Shown here: positions 1 through 8,825 of the stretch, piece after piece | Position numbering within the stretch: the first letter of the stretch is position 1 | Layout: each line of letters opens with the position of its first letter | Source of the DNA: Panacagrimonas sp. | GTDB lineage: Bacteria > Pseudomonadota > Gammaproteobacteria > Nevskiales > Nevskiaceae | NCBI GenBank assembly: GCA_046594215.1 | Contig: JBKJPX010000103.1 | Span: 4,923 to 68,922, forward strand | Direction: 5' to 3' | Length of the DNA stretch: 64,000 nt | Notes under the pieces: generated by a model | Told to the model about the DNA's origin: nothing | Database searches by the model: none | Seen by the model: only the letters and a program-made list of their open reading frames with translations | Translations under genes and position numbers: made by a program

Positions 1-938
1 GCGGTGTCGCTCTGTTTCCGGCCGATGGCGCCGATGCCGAGACGCTGCTGCGCAACGCCAAGCTAGCGTTGCAGCGGGCCAAGAAATCAGGCGAGCTGTA
101 CACGTTCTATGCGCGGGAGATGACGGACCGGGTCGCCGGCAACCTTGCCTTGGAGAGCCGTCTGCGTCACGCACTGGAGCGCGGTGAGTTTGTCCTCTAC
201 TACCAGCCCAAGGTCGACGTCGGCAAGCGCGGCATCGTCGGCGTTGAGGCGCTGATCCGCTGGCTGAGCCCGGAGCGGGGGTTGGTGCCACCTCTTGAGT
301 TCATCCCGCTGATGGAAGAGAGCGGCCTGATCCTGGAGGTCGGCGCCTGGGCCCTGGCCCAGGCCGCTGGCGACCATCGCAAATGGACCGAACTGGGCCT
401 TCGAGCGCCGCGGGTGGCGGTGAACGTCTCGCAGGCGCAGGTGCGCCAGCGAGACTTCGTCGACGTGGTGAACAGCGCCATCGCGGGCGGCGTGACCCCG
501 ACCGGGATCGATCTCGAGATCACCGAGAGCCTGCTGATGGACGACATCAACGGCACCATCGACAAGCTCAAGGCCCTGCGCACCCTGGGTATTCGGATCG
601 CCATCGACGACTTTGGTACCGGCTATTCGTCACTGGCTGTTGTTAGCCGACTGCCGCTGGAGACGCTGAAGATCGACCGCAGCTTCATCATCACCATGCT
701 CGAGCATCCGGACCGCATGTCCCTGGTGCAGACCATCATCTCGCTGGCGCACTCGCTGCGACTGAACGTTGTGGCCGAGGGCGTCGACTCCGAGGATCAG
801 GCGAAAATCCTGCGCCTGCTGCGCTGCGACGAAATGCAGGGGTTTCTCTTCGGCAAGGCTGTGCCCTTCAATGAGATGACCCTGCTTCTAGGAAATGACC
901 AGGGCAAGCCCGTCGCGGCGGCGCCAATAGCCTGTTAG
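1..938 (+). CDS. 3' part of a GGDEF-EAL c-di-GMP signalling protein (5' end lies upstream of the window)
   Basis: The frame is open from base 3. The first residues, GVALFPADGADAETLLRNAKLALQRAKKSG, look like the end of a GGDEF domain. An EAL domain follows with EALIRW, DDFGTGYSSL and QGFLFGKA motifs. Stop at 936-938. Confidence 0.85.
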   Translation, partial: GVALFPADGADAETLLRNAKLALQRAKKSGELYTFYAREMTDRVAGNLALESRLRHALERGEFVLYYQPKVDVGKRGIVGVEALIRWLSPERGLVPPLEFIPLMEESGLILEVGAWALAQAAGDHRKWTELGLRAPRVAVNVSQAQVRQRDFVDVVNSAIAGGVTPTGIDLEITESLLMDDINGTIDKLKALRTLGIRIAIDDFGTGYSSLAVVSRLPLETLKIDRSFIITMLEHPDRMSLVQTIISLAHSLRLNVVAEGVDSEDQAKILRLLRCDEMQGFLFGKAVPFNEMTLLLGNDQGKPVAAAPIAC

Positions 939-1228
939 GCGAGCCGAATGCCGAGCGTCGATAGAGTCCCCTTTGATCGGAGAACCATGATCGGACGCCG
1001 GAATGGTCAGCAATCAAACTCGACCCGGTAGCGGCGGTCCACGGCAACTTTGATCTGGGGCGATCATGACGTTGTCGGCGCCGCGGCTCGCAGCAAGCGC
1101 GCACGCTAAAGAGCAAGGTCTGATCTAACGCCAATCAGGAATCCTGCGGCGACCGTTTTTATCCCCGAGCTCCGTCGGCATGCCTCCAGACGGGTGACTA
1201 ACATCACCTGTTATGTTGAAATGACCGC

Positions 1229-1471
1229 ATGAACTTCAGCGTGCATTTCGATGCGCAGACCATCGCCCGGCTCAGCGCAGCAGTGGAGCGGGTGGGACTG
1301 ACGCGCAACCGCATCATCGTCAAGGCCGTTCAGGAGTGGCTGGTGAAGAACGAGGCCGAGGAATGGCCCGAGGACTTGCGCGATCACTGGCGCAACCCGG
1401 CGCCGGAACTGGGCGCTGGCCCGGTCGAGTTCGAACCCTGGCGTCCGGCGCAGGATCTAGGCTCGAGATGA
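1229..1471 (+). CDS. vapB: Ribbon-helix-helix (CopG-like) antitoxin, VapB-like
   Basis: 80-aa ORF. The segment TRNRIIVKAVQEWL resembles an RHH antitoxin. Its stop overlaps the ATG of the downstream PIN gene (ATGA at 1468-1471). Confidence 0.6.
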   Translation: MNFSVHFDAQTIARLSAAVERVGLTRNRIIVKAVQEWLVKNEAEEWPEDLRDHWRNPAPELGAGPVEFEPWRPAQDLGSR

Positions 1472-1878
1472 AGTATCTGCTGGACGCCGGCACCCTGTCG
1501 GCCGCTCTGCGCGGGCGACTGCCTGTCGTGCTCAAGCTGGCCGAGTTGGGGCCGGGCGAGATCGCCATGTCCGTGCTCAGCCGCATGCAGGTGGAGATCG
1601 GCCTGCGTACGCAGCCGCGCGCGCAGGCCCGTTATGCCCGCCTGCTGCGCACGATGGCCGAGACGGTCCGTACCCTCGAGTTCGGCGAGGCCGAGGCCCA
1701 GCAGGCGGCAACTCTGGGGGCCTACCTCGAGTCCGGCGGCGAGCGGATAGGGCCCATGGAACTGATGCTGGCGGCGCAGGCGATGACCCACCGGTACACG
1801 CTGGTTGCGGAGGACCTGGCCCCCTACCGGATGGTCAACGGTCTCAACGTGGAGAACTGGATCGGCAAGACGCCCTGA
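1468..1878 (+). CDS. vapC: PIN-domain toxin, VapC-like
   Basis: Internal ATG of ORF 1336..1878. MKYLLDAG (N-terminal Asp), MELMLAAQA and TLVAEDLAPY segments match the PIN acidic-residue layout. About 136 aa, translationally coupled to the antitoxin. Confidence 0.7.
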   Translation: MKYLLDAGTLSAALRGRLPVVLKLAELGPGEIAMSVLSRMQVEIGLRTQPRAQARYARLLRTMAETVRTLEFGEAEAQQAATLGAYLESGGERIGPMELMLAAQAMTHRYTLVAEDLAPYRMVNGLNVENWIGKTP

Positions 1879-1921
1879 TCCAGATAGAAGTGACTTTAAA
1901 TATATTTATAAGGATATTGAT

Positions 1922-3004
1922 ATGAAAAGAATTACTAATTTCAGCGCTGGCCCGGCGACCCTGCCCCTGACAGTGCTCCAGCAGGTCCAGGAAGAGCTGC
2001 TCGACTGGCGGGGCTGCGGCATGTCGGTGATGGAAATGTCCCATCGCGACAAGGAATTCACGAGCATTGCTGCGGAGGCCGAAAAGGACCTGCGCGAGAT
2101 CGCTGGCATCCCCGGCAATTACAAGGTGCTGTTCATGCAGGGCGGCGCCACCGCGCAGTTCTCCCTGATTCCGCTGAACCTGCTGCGCGGCAAGGCCGGC
2201 GCGGACTACGTACTCACGGGCGACTGGGGCAAGAAGGCCGCCAAGGAATGCGGGAAGTACGGCAAGGCCAGTGTCGCGGCCTCGGCAGAAGCCGACAAGT
2301 TCACGAAGATCCCGGACCGGTCGACGTGGAAGCTCGACCCCGACGCGGCCTACGTGCACATCACAACGAACGAGACCATCCACGGCGTGCAGTTCCAGGA
2401 CATGCCGGATACCGGTGGCGTGCCGCTGGTGGCCGACATGTCCTCGGACATCCTGTCGCGTCCGATCGATGTCTCGAAGTTCGGTCTCATCTATGGCGGC
2501 GCGCAGAAAAACATCGGCCCGGCGGGCGTGACGATCGTGATCGTGCGCGAGGACCTGATCGGGCAGGCTGCGGCGATCACGCCGGGCGTGTTCGACTACA
2601 AGTCGGTGGCCGACAACGAGTCGATGCTCAACACGCCGGCCTGCTTTTCCTGGTACGTGTCAGGCCTGGTCTTCAAGTGGATCAAGAACGAGGGTGGCCT
2701 GGCCGCGATCGGTGCGCGCAACCAGCGCAAGTCCTCGCTGCTCTACGACTACATCGACGGGCAGGACTTCTACAAGAACCCGGTGGCGAAGAAGGACCGT
2801 TCGTGGATGAACGTGCCTTTCACGCTGCCCAACCCGGACCTCGACGCCGACTTCCTCAAAGGCGCCAAGGCGGCGGCCCTGAACGGCCTGAAGGGACATC
2901 GCGCTGTCGGCGGCATGCGTGCCTCGCTCTACAACGCGATGACGGAATCGGGCACGGCCGCGCTCGTCGAGTACATGAAGGAATTCGTGCGCACACGCGG
3001 CTGA
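1922..3004 (+). CDS. serC: Phosphoserine aminotransferase
   Basis: MKRITNFSAGPATLP...MEMSHRDKEF is a typical SerC N-terminus. The ATG at 1922 is preceded by an AT-rich spacer. The 39 codons upstream in the ORF track look non-coding. Confidence 0.95.
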   Translation: MKRITNFSAGPATLPLTVLQQVQEELLDWRGCGMSVMEMSHRDKEFTSIAAEAEKDLREIAGIPGNYKVLFMQGGATAQFSLIPLNLLRGKAGADYVLTGDWGKKAAKECGKYGKASVAASAEADKFTKIPDRSTWKLDPDAAYVHITTNETIHGVQFQDMPDTGGVPLVADMSSDILSRPIDVSKFGLIYGGAQKNIGPAGVTIVIVREDLIGQAAAITPGVFDYKSVADNESMLNTPACFSWYVSGLVFKWIKNEGGLAAIGARNQRKSSLLYDYIDGQDFYKNPVAKKDRSWMNVPFTLPNPDLDADFLKGAKAAALNGLKGHRAVGGMRASLYNAMTESGTAALVEYMKEFVRTRG

Positions 3005-3062
3005 AGGCCGCGCGCGAAGATTTCCACGGTCCTTCCTCTCCAATTCCCGGCGTCCTCTTCCC

Positions 3063-4235
3063 ATGTTCAAGATCCAGACCCTCAACAACATCTCGATCCT
3101 CGGCCTCGAGCGCCTGCCGCGCGAGCGTTACGAGGTTGCCAGCGAAATGACCTACCCCGACGCCGTGATGGTGCGCTCGGCCGATATGCACAAGGCCGAG
3201 GTCGGGCCTTCGGTGAAGGCCATCGGCCGCGCCGGCGCCGGCACCAACAACATCCCGGTCGCGGCGATGAGCAAGCGCGGCGTACCGGTGTTCAACGCGC
3301 CGGGCGCCAATGCCAACGCGGTCAAGGAACTGGTACTCGCCGGCATGCTGCTGGCGGCGCGCAACATCGGCTCGGCGCTCGACTTCGTGAAGAAGCTCGA
3401 CGGCGACGACAAGGCGATGCACGAGGCGGTTGAGGCCGGCAAGAAGAAGTTCGTCGGCTTCGAACTGCCCGGCCGCAGCCTGGGCGTGATCGGCCTGGGC
3501 GCCATTGGCGTCAAGGTGGCGAACACGGCCATCGAGCTGGGCATGGAGGTCTGGGGCTTCGACCCGGCGATGACGGTCCAGAATGCATGGAAGCTCGACG
3601 CCCGCGTGCGCCAGGCGCTGTCGGTCGACGACCTGATGGCGCGCTCACAGTTCCTGTCGGTACACGTGCCGCTGCTCGACGCCACGCGCAATCTGGTCAA
3701 CACCGACCGCCTCAAGCTGCTCAAGAAGCAGGGCGTGGTTCTGAACTTCGCGCGCGAGGCCATCGTCGACGAGAAGGCCGTGCTGGCCGCGCTCGACGCC
3801 GGCAGCCTGCACGCCTACGTCTGCGACTTCCCGTCGAACTCGCTCAAGGGCCACCCTCGCGTGATCGCCACGCCGCACCTGGGCGCGTCCACCAACGAGG
3901 CCGAGGACAACTGCGCGGTCATGGTGGCCGACCAGCTCCGCGAATTCCTCGAGCGCGGCAACATCACCAATTCGGTGAATTTCCCCGAAGCCGTGCTGCC
4001 CTTGCTCCCCGGCAAGACACGCCTGGCGATCTCCAACGCCAACGTGCCCAACATGGTCGGCCAGATTTCGACCACCCTGGCCAACCACAAGCTCAACATC
4101 GCCGACCTGCTCAACAAGTCGCGCGGGGACATTGCCTACACGCTCGTGGACGTGGACTCGGGAATCCCGCAGGCGGCCGTCGACGAGATCGCCGGTATCC
4201 AGGGCGTGCTCAACGTCCGGGTGATCGTGGGCTGA
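3063..4235 (+). CDS. serA: D-3-phosphoglycerate dehydrogenase with C-terminal ACT domain
   Basis: 390 aa. Contains GLGAIG NAD-binding motif, the 2-hydroxyacid dehydrogenase signature PHLGAST, and an ACT-like C-terminus. Adjacent to serC. Confidence 0.9.
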   Translation: MFKIQTLNNISILGLERLPRERYEVASEMTYPDAVMVRSADMHKAEVGPSVKAIGRAGAGTNNIPVAAMSKRGVPVFNAPGANANAVKELVLAGMLLAARNIGSALDFVKKLDGDDKAMHEAVEAGKKKFVGFELPGRSLGVIGLGAIGVKVANTAIELGMEVWGFDPAMTVQNAWKLDARVRQALSVDDLMARSQFLSVHVPLLDATRNLVNTDRLKLLKKQGVVLNFAREAIVDEKAVLAALDAGSLHAYVCDFPSNSLKGHPRVIATPHLGASTNEAEDNCAVMVADQLREFLERGNITNSVNFPEAVLPLLPGKTRLAISNANVPNMVGQISTTLANHKLNIADLLNKSRGDIAYTLVDVDSGIPQAAVDEIAGIQGVLNVRVIVG

Positions 4236-4308
4236 TCGGGGCCGACGCGCGCCGCATCGGGCGCCGCTTTTGTTGGACAATGGCGCTTTCGCCGGGCCCT
4301 TTCGACCC

Positions 4309-5406
4309 ATGCCGGAACTCTCGCTTCAGGATGCGCGCATCAAGATCGATGCGCTGGACCACCAGATCCAGCGCTTGATCTCGGCACGTGCGCGCGTCGC
4401 TCAGGAAGTCGCACGCATCAAGCAGCGCCAGGGCGATACCGGTGACCACTACCGGCCCTCGCGCGAGGCCGAGGTGCTGCGACGCGCCATCGAGCGCAAC
4501 AGCGGAACCGAAGGCGGCCCGCTGACCGACGAGGTCATCGCGCGCCTGATGCGCGAGATCATGTCGGCCTGCCTCTCGCTGGAATCCCCGCTGACGGTGG
4601 CCTATCTCGGGCCCGAGGGCACGTACACCCAGGCCGCGGCGCTGAAGCACTTCGGTGATTCGGTGACGGCGCGACCGCTCGGCGCGGTCGACGAGATCTT
4701 CCGCGACGTGGAATCCGGCGCCGCCGACTACGGCGTCGTGCCGGTGGAGAATTCCATCGGCGGCGTGGTGACCCACACGCTCGACGCGCTCGTGCACACC
4801 AAGCTGCGCATCTGCGGCGAGGTGATGCTGCCGGTCCATCATCATCTGCTGTCGCGCGAGACTTCGCTGGCTGCGGTGAGCACGGTGTTTGCGCACCCGC
4901 AATCCTTCGCGCAGACGCGCAAGTGGCTCGATGTGCGCATGGCCGGGGCCCAACGCGAGGTCGTGTCGAGCAATGGCGAGGCCGCGCGGATCGCGGCGGA
5001 AAAGGGTGGGGCCGCGATCGCCGGCTTGCCGGCGGCGCGCCTCTACGGCCTGAACATCCTGGCCTCGAACATCGAAGACGATCCGGGCAACACGACGCGT
5101 TTCCTCATCATCGGCAAGCAGGACCCGAGCGCCACGGGCTCGGACATCACCTCGCTGGTGGCCACCGCGCATCGCAACCAGCCGGGTGCACTGTTCACCC
5201 TGCTCAAGCCGCTGGCCGACGCACAGATCGACATGACGCGCATCGAGTCGCGCCCGGTGCGCGGCTCTCCGGTGCCGGACTACTACTTCTTCATCGACTT
5301 CGGCGGTCATGCCCACGATGAGAAGTTGCGCACGGTGATTGAACAGGTCCGTGCGAACGCCGCCTTCTTCAAGGTCCTGGGGTCGTATCCCAAGGCCGTG
5401 ATCTGA
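4309..5406 (+). CDS. pheA: Bifunctional chorismate mutase / prephenate dehydratase (P-protein)
   Basis: N-terminal chorismate mutase helix (IKIDALDHQIQRLISARARVAQEV), PDT domain (VAYLGPEGTYTQ, VPVENSIGG, TRFLIIG) and an ACT end. Start chosen at the internal ATG 4309. Confidence 0.92.
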   Translation: MPELSLQDARIKIDALDHQIQRLISARARVAQEVARIKQRQGDTGDHYRPSREAEVLRRAIERNSGTEGGPLTDEVIARLMREIMSACLSLESPLTVAYLGPEGTYTQAAALKHFGDSVTARPLGAVDEIFRDVESGAADYGVVPVENSIGGVVTHTLDALVHTKLRICGEVMLPVHHHLLSRETSLAAVSTVFAHPQSFAQTRKWLDVRMAGAQREVVSSNGEAARIAAEKGGAAIAGLPAARLYGLNILASNIEDDPGNTTRFLIIGKQDPSATGSDITSLVATAHRNQPGALFTLLKPLADAQIDMTRIESRPVRGSPVPDYYFFIDFGGHAHDEKLRTVIEQVRANAAFFKVLGSYPKAVI

Positions 5407-5438
5407 GCGCCCATCGCAGCTCGCCCAAGACGTCTCCC

Positions 5439-6590
5439 ATGCAGAACCAAGACAACAGCGCCCTGACCCGCAACGCCCTGCCGGGAATCCTCGGGCTCGA
5501 GGCGTACACGCCCGGCATGCCCATCGACGAGCTGCAGCGTCGGCTGGGCTTGGCCGACGTGATCAAGCTGGCGTCCAACGAGAATCCGCTCGGCATGAGC
5601 CCGAAGGCGCGCGAAGCGCTGGCCGCCACCGTGGCCAGCGACAACCTCGCGCTGTATCCCGATGGCAGTGGCTTCCGCCTGAAGAAGAAGATCGGCGCCT
5701 ATCACGGCATCGGGCCGGAGCACATCACGCTCGGCAACGGATCCAACGACATCCTCGAATTCATTGCGCGCATCTACGCCGGCCCCGGTCGCGCGGTGAT
5801 GTTCTCGGACTACGCCTTCGCGGTGTACCCCATTGCGACGCAAGCGCAGAACGCCGAGGCCGTGAAGGTGCCCGCCTATCCGGCGGACCACGCGACGATG
5901 CCTTTCGGCCACGACATGAAGGCTTTCGCGCGCTGCCTGCGCGAGCGCCCCGACGTGAGCCTCGTGTTCCTGGCCAACCCGAACAACCCCACGGGAACGT
6001 GGAACACGCCGGACGAAGTCCTGGGGTTCCTCGAGCAGGTGCCGTCGCACGTCATCGTCGTGCTCGACGAGGCCTACTGGGACTACCAGGACGCCGCACT
6101 GCGTTCCGACGCGCGGCCCTGGCTGGACCGTTTCCCGAATCTCGTGGTGACGCGCACGTTCTCGAAGATCTACGGCATCGCGGGTCTGCGCGCGGGGTAC
6201 GCGTTGTCGCACGCGACCGTGGCGGACCTGCTCAATCGCGTGCGCCAGCCGTTCAACAACAACAGCCTCGCTCTGCTCGCGGCGGAGCTGGCGCTGGACG
6301 ACCAGGACTTCGTGCGCCAGTCGGTCGAACTCAACACCGCGCAACGCGCGCGCCTCGTGCGCGAGCTGGGCGCGATGAAGCTGCGCGTACTGCCTTCGCA
6401 GGCCAACTTCGTCACGATCGGTTTCGGTCGCGACGCCAAGCCCATCCACCAGGGACTGCTCGAGCGCGGCATCATCGTGCGGCCGATGGGTTCCTACGGG
6501 CTCCCGGAATACCTGCGCGTCACCGTGGGCACGGAGCGCGAGAACACGCGTTTCCTGGATGCGATGAAGGACATGCTGAAGGCGTCGTGA
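5439..6590 (+). CDS. hisC: Histidinol-phosphate / aromatic aminotransferase (class II PLP)
   Basis: 383 aa. SNENPLG, NPNNPTG and TFSKIYGIAGLRAGY (PLP lysine) motifs. Sits in the aromatic amino-acid operon. Confidence 0.9.
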   Translation: MQNQDNSALTRNALPGILGLEAYTPGMPIDELQRRLGLADVIKLASNENPLGMSPKAREALAATVASDNLALYPDGSGFRLKKKIGAYHGIGPEHITLGNGSNDILEFIARIYAGPGRAVMFSDYAFAVYPIATQAQNAEAVKVPAYPADHATMPFGHDMKAFARCLRERPDVSLVFLANPNNPTGTWNTPDEVLGFLEQVPSHVIVVLDEAYWDYQDAALRSDARPWLDRFPNLVVTRTFSKIYGIAGLRAGYALSHATVADLLNRVRQPFNNNSLALLAAELALDDQDFVRQSVELNTAQRARLVRELGAMKLRVLPSQANFVTIGFGRDAKPIHQGLLERGIIVRPMGSYGLPEYLRVTVGTERENTRFLDAMKDMLKAS

Positions 6591-7450
6591 AACGGATCGC
6601 CGTCATCGGGCTGGGCCTGATCGGCGGCTCGCTTGCGCGCGCGGTGCGCGAGGCGCGGCAGGTCGAGCACATCACGGGATTCGACCCCGACCCAATCCAG
6701 TGCCGGCGCGCGGTGGAGCTCGGCGTCATCGACATCGCGGCCTCGAGCGCGGCCGAAGCGGCGGTCGGCGCCGATCTCGTCGTGCTCGCGGTGCCTGTGC
6801 TGCACACCGCCGAAGCGCTGCGCTCGGTTCAGTCGGCGCTGAGCGCCCAGACCATCGTCACCGACGTCGGCAGCACCAAGTCCTCGGTGCTCGTGGATGC
6901 GGCGAAGGTCTTTGGCGAAGTACCGCCGCGTTTCGTCGCAGGCCACCCGATCGCGGGAACCGAGAAGAGCGGCGTCGCCGCGTCGAAGGCCGAACTGTTC
7001 CGCGGCCGTCGCGTCGTGCTCACGCCCCACGCGCGCCAGGACGCTGCGGCGCTGCAGGCCGTGCGCGGGATGTGGGAGGCGGTGGGCAGCCGGGTGGTGG
7101 AAATGGACGCGTCGCGCCACGACGCGATCTTCGCGGCCACCTCGCACCTGCCGCACGTGCTGGCCTACGCCTTCGTCGACATGCTCACGCGCCTCGACGG
7201 CGCGGACGAGATATTTCCGAATGCGGGCGGCGGCTTTCGGGACTTCACGCGCATCGCCAGTTCCAGCACCGAGATGTGGCACGACATCGTGCGCGCCAAC
7301 CACGTCGAGGTGACCGGCCTGCTCGAAAAGCAGATTGGCGAGCTGCAGGAACTGCTGGCGCTCATGAAGGCCTCGGACTGGGATGCGCTCAAGCACCGCT
7401 TCGAGCGCGCACGCGCGGCGCGAGAACGCCATCTCGGCCAGATCGAGTGA
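6587..7450 (+). CDS. tyrA: Prephenate (arogenate) dehydrogenase
   Basis: The GTG at 6587 overlaps the hisC stop (GTGA). VKRIAVIGLGLIGGSLA Rossmann motif and GHPIAGTEKSG motif. The upstream 196 codons of ORF 5999..7450 lie out of frame over hisC. Confidence 0.88.
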   Translation: MKRIAVIGLGLIGGSLARAVREARQVEHITGFDPDPIQCRRAVELGVIDIAASSAAEAAVGADLVVLAVPVLHTAEALRSVQSALSAQTIVTDVGSTKSSVLVDAAKVFGEVPPRFVAGHPIAGTEKSGVAASKAELFRGRRVVLTPHARQDAAALQAVRGMWEAVGSRVVEMDASRHDAIFAATSHLPHVLAYAFVDMLTRLDGADEIFPNAGGGFRDFTRIASSSTEMWHDIVRANHVEVTGLLEKQIGELQELLALMKASDWDALKHRFERARAARERHLGQIE

Positions 7451-7508
7451 CTCCACCCGTTCCGAGCTGCGCGCGCGGGCGTCGATTTACCACCCACTTC
7501 GGAATCCC

Positions 7509-8822
7509 ATGAGCGATCCCGCGTCGACACAGAACTGGACCGTGCAGCCAGGCGGCAAGCCCGCCGGCTCGGTGCGCGTACCCGGCGACAAGTCCATCTC
7601 GCATCGATCGGTGATGCTCGGCTCGCTCGCGAGGGGCCGCACCGACGTGACCGGCTTTCTCGACGGCGAAGACTGCCTGTGCACGATGAAGGCCTTCCAG
7701 GCCATGGGCGTGGGCATCGAGCGCCTGAGCGATACCAGCCTGCGCGTCGGCGGCGTGGGACTGCATGGCCTCAAGGCGCCGCTGCATGCGCTCGACCTCG
7801 GTAATTCCGGCACCTCGATGCGCCTGATGTCGGGCTTGCTCGCGGCTCAGCGGTTCCCGACGATCCTGACCGGCGATTCGTCGCTGTCGCGACGCCCGAT
7901 GCGACGCGTGATCGATCCGCTGTCGCGCATGGGCGCGCGCATCGACTCGGACGACGGCAAGGCGCCGCTGCTCATCCACCCGGTCCCGAGCCTGCGGGGC
8001 ATCGCGCACGCATCGAAGGTCGCTAGCGCGCAGGTGAAGTCCTGCATCCTGCTGGCAGGCCTGTATGCGCAAGGAGAGACCTCGGTCACCGAGCCCGAGG
8101 CGTCGCGTGATCACACCGAGCGCATGCTGCAGGCCTTCGGCGTGAAGCTCGAAGCGAGCCACGGACGTGCCTCGATCCGGGGCGGACAGGAACTCGTGGG
8201 AACCGCGATCCCGGTTCCCGCGGACATCTCCTCGGCCGCGTTCTTCATGCTCGCCGCTGCGATTGTGCCGGGATCGGAACTGGTGCTGCGGGATGTCGGC
8301 GTCAACCCCACGCGTACCGGCGTCATCGACATTCTTCGCGCGATGGGCGCCGAGATCGACCTGCTGGATTCGCGCACCTTCGGCGGCGAGCCGGTGAGCG
8401 ACATCCGCGTGCGCGGGCGCGGCCTGCGCGGCATCGCCGTCGATTCCGCGCTCGTGGCGTCCGCAATCGACGAGTTCCCGGCGATCTTCGTGGCCGCGGC
8501 CTGCGCCGAGGGCGAAACGCTCGTGACCGGCGCCGAAGAACTGCGCGTCAAGGAGTCCGATCGCATCCAGACCATGGTCGACGGCCTGACCTCGCTGGGC
8601 ATCGACGCGGTGGCCACGCCCGACGGCGCGCGCATCCGCGGCGGACAGCTGCGGGGCGGACAGATCGATTCCCACGGCGATCACCGCGTGGCGATGTCCT
8701 TCGCGATGGGCGCGCTGCGCGCCAGCGCCCCGATCCGCATTCTCGATTGCGCCAACGTCAACACCTCGTTCCCGCGCTTCGCCGAGACCGCTCAGGCGAT
8801 GGGCCTGACGATCTCGCGCTGA
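7509..8822 (+). CDS. aroA: 3-phosphoshikimate 1-carboxyvinyltransferase (EPSP synthase)
   Basis: VPGDKSISHRSVMLGSLA and LGNSGTSMRL motifs. 437 aa from the ATG at 7509. Confidence 0.95.
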   Translation: MSDPASTQNWTVQPGGKPAGSVRVPGDKSISHRSVMLGSLARGRTDVTGFLDGEDCLCTMKAFQAMGVGIERLSDTSLRVGGVGLHGLKAPLHALDLGNSGTSMRLMSGLLAAQRFPTILTGDSSLSRRPMRRVIDPLSRMGARIDSDDGKAPLLIHPVPSLRGIAHASKVASAQVKSCILLAGLYAQGETSVTEPEASRDHTERMLQAFGVKLEASHGRASIRGGQELVGTAIPVPADISSAAFFMLAAAIVPGSELVLRDVGVNPTRTGVIDILRAMGAEIDLLDSRTFGGEPVSDIRVRGRGLRGIAVDSALVASAIDEFPAIFVAAACAEGETLVTGAEELRVKESDRIQTMVDGLTSLGIDAVATPDGARIRGGQLRGGQIDSHGDHRVAMSFAMGALRASAPIRILDCANVNTSFPRFAETAQAMGLTISR

Positions 8823-8825
8823 TGA

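Noticed and set aside
1007-1063. Minus-strand fragment reading ...IKVAVDRRYRVEFDC*, vaguely like the C-terminal strand of a RelE/HigB-type toxin, in the spacer after the EAL gene.
   Set aside because: Only about 19 codons lie between stops. There is no start codon and no partner antitoxin, and the similarity is too weak to call by eye.
868-1134. 88-aa minus-strand ORF in the EAL-vapB spacer.
   Set aside because: It overlaps the EAL gene 3' end, has a low-complexity product, and shows no motif or RBS.
4236-4308. Possible terminator/attenuator (GCGCC...GGCGC followed by CGCTTTTG) between serA and pheA.
   Set aside because: The stem is only 5 bp with a weak T-run. The genes are more likely simply co-transcribed.
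4210-6449. Long minus-strand ORFs (4210..5316, 5307..6449) antisense to pheA and hisC. Similar mirror ORFs occur elsewhere: 7389..8684, 27003..29021, 30618..33347, 34903..36729, 38423..40519 (plus strand), 44584..47877, 57562..59532 and 62273..63775.
   Set aside because: Each lies opposite a gene with clear family motifs. Their products are Arg/Ala/Gly/Pro/His-rich low-complexity strings with no recognisable motifs. Long stop-free antisense frames are expected in roughly 67% GC DNA.
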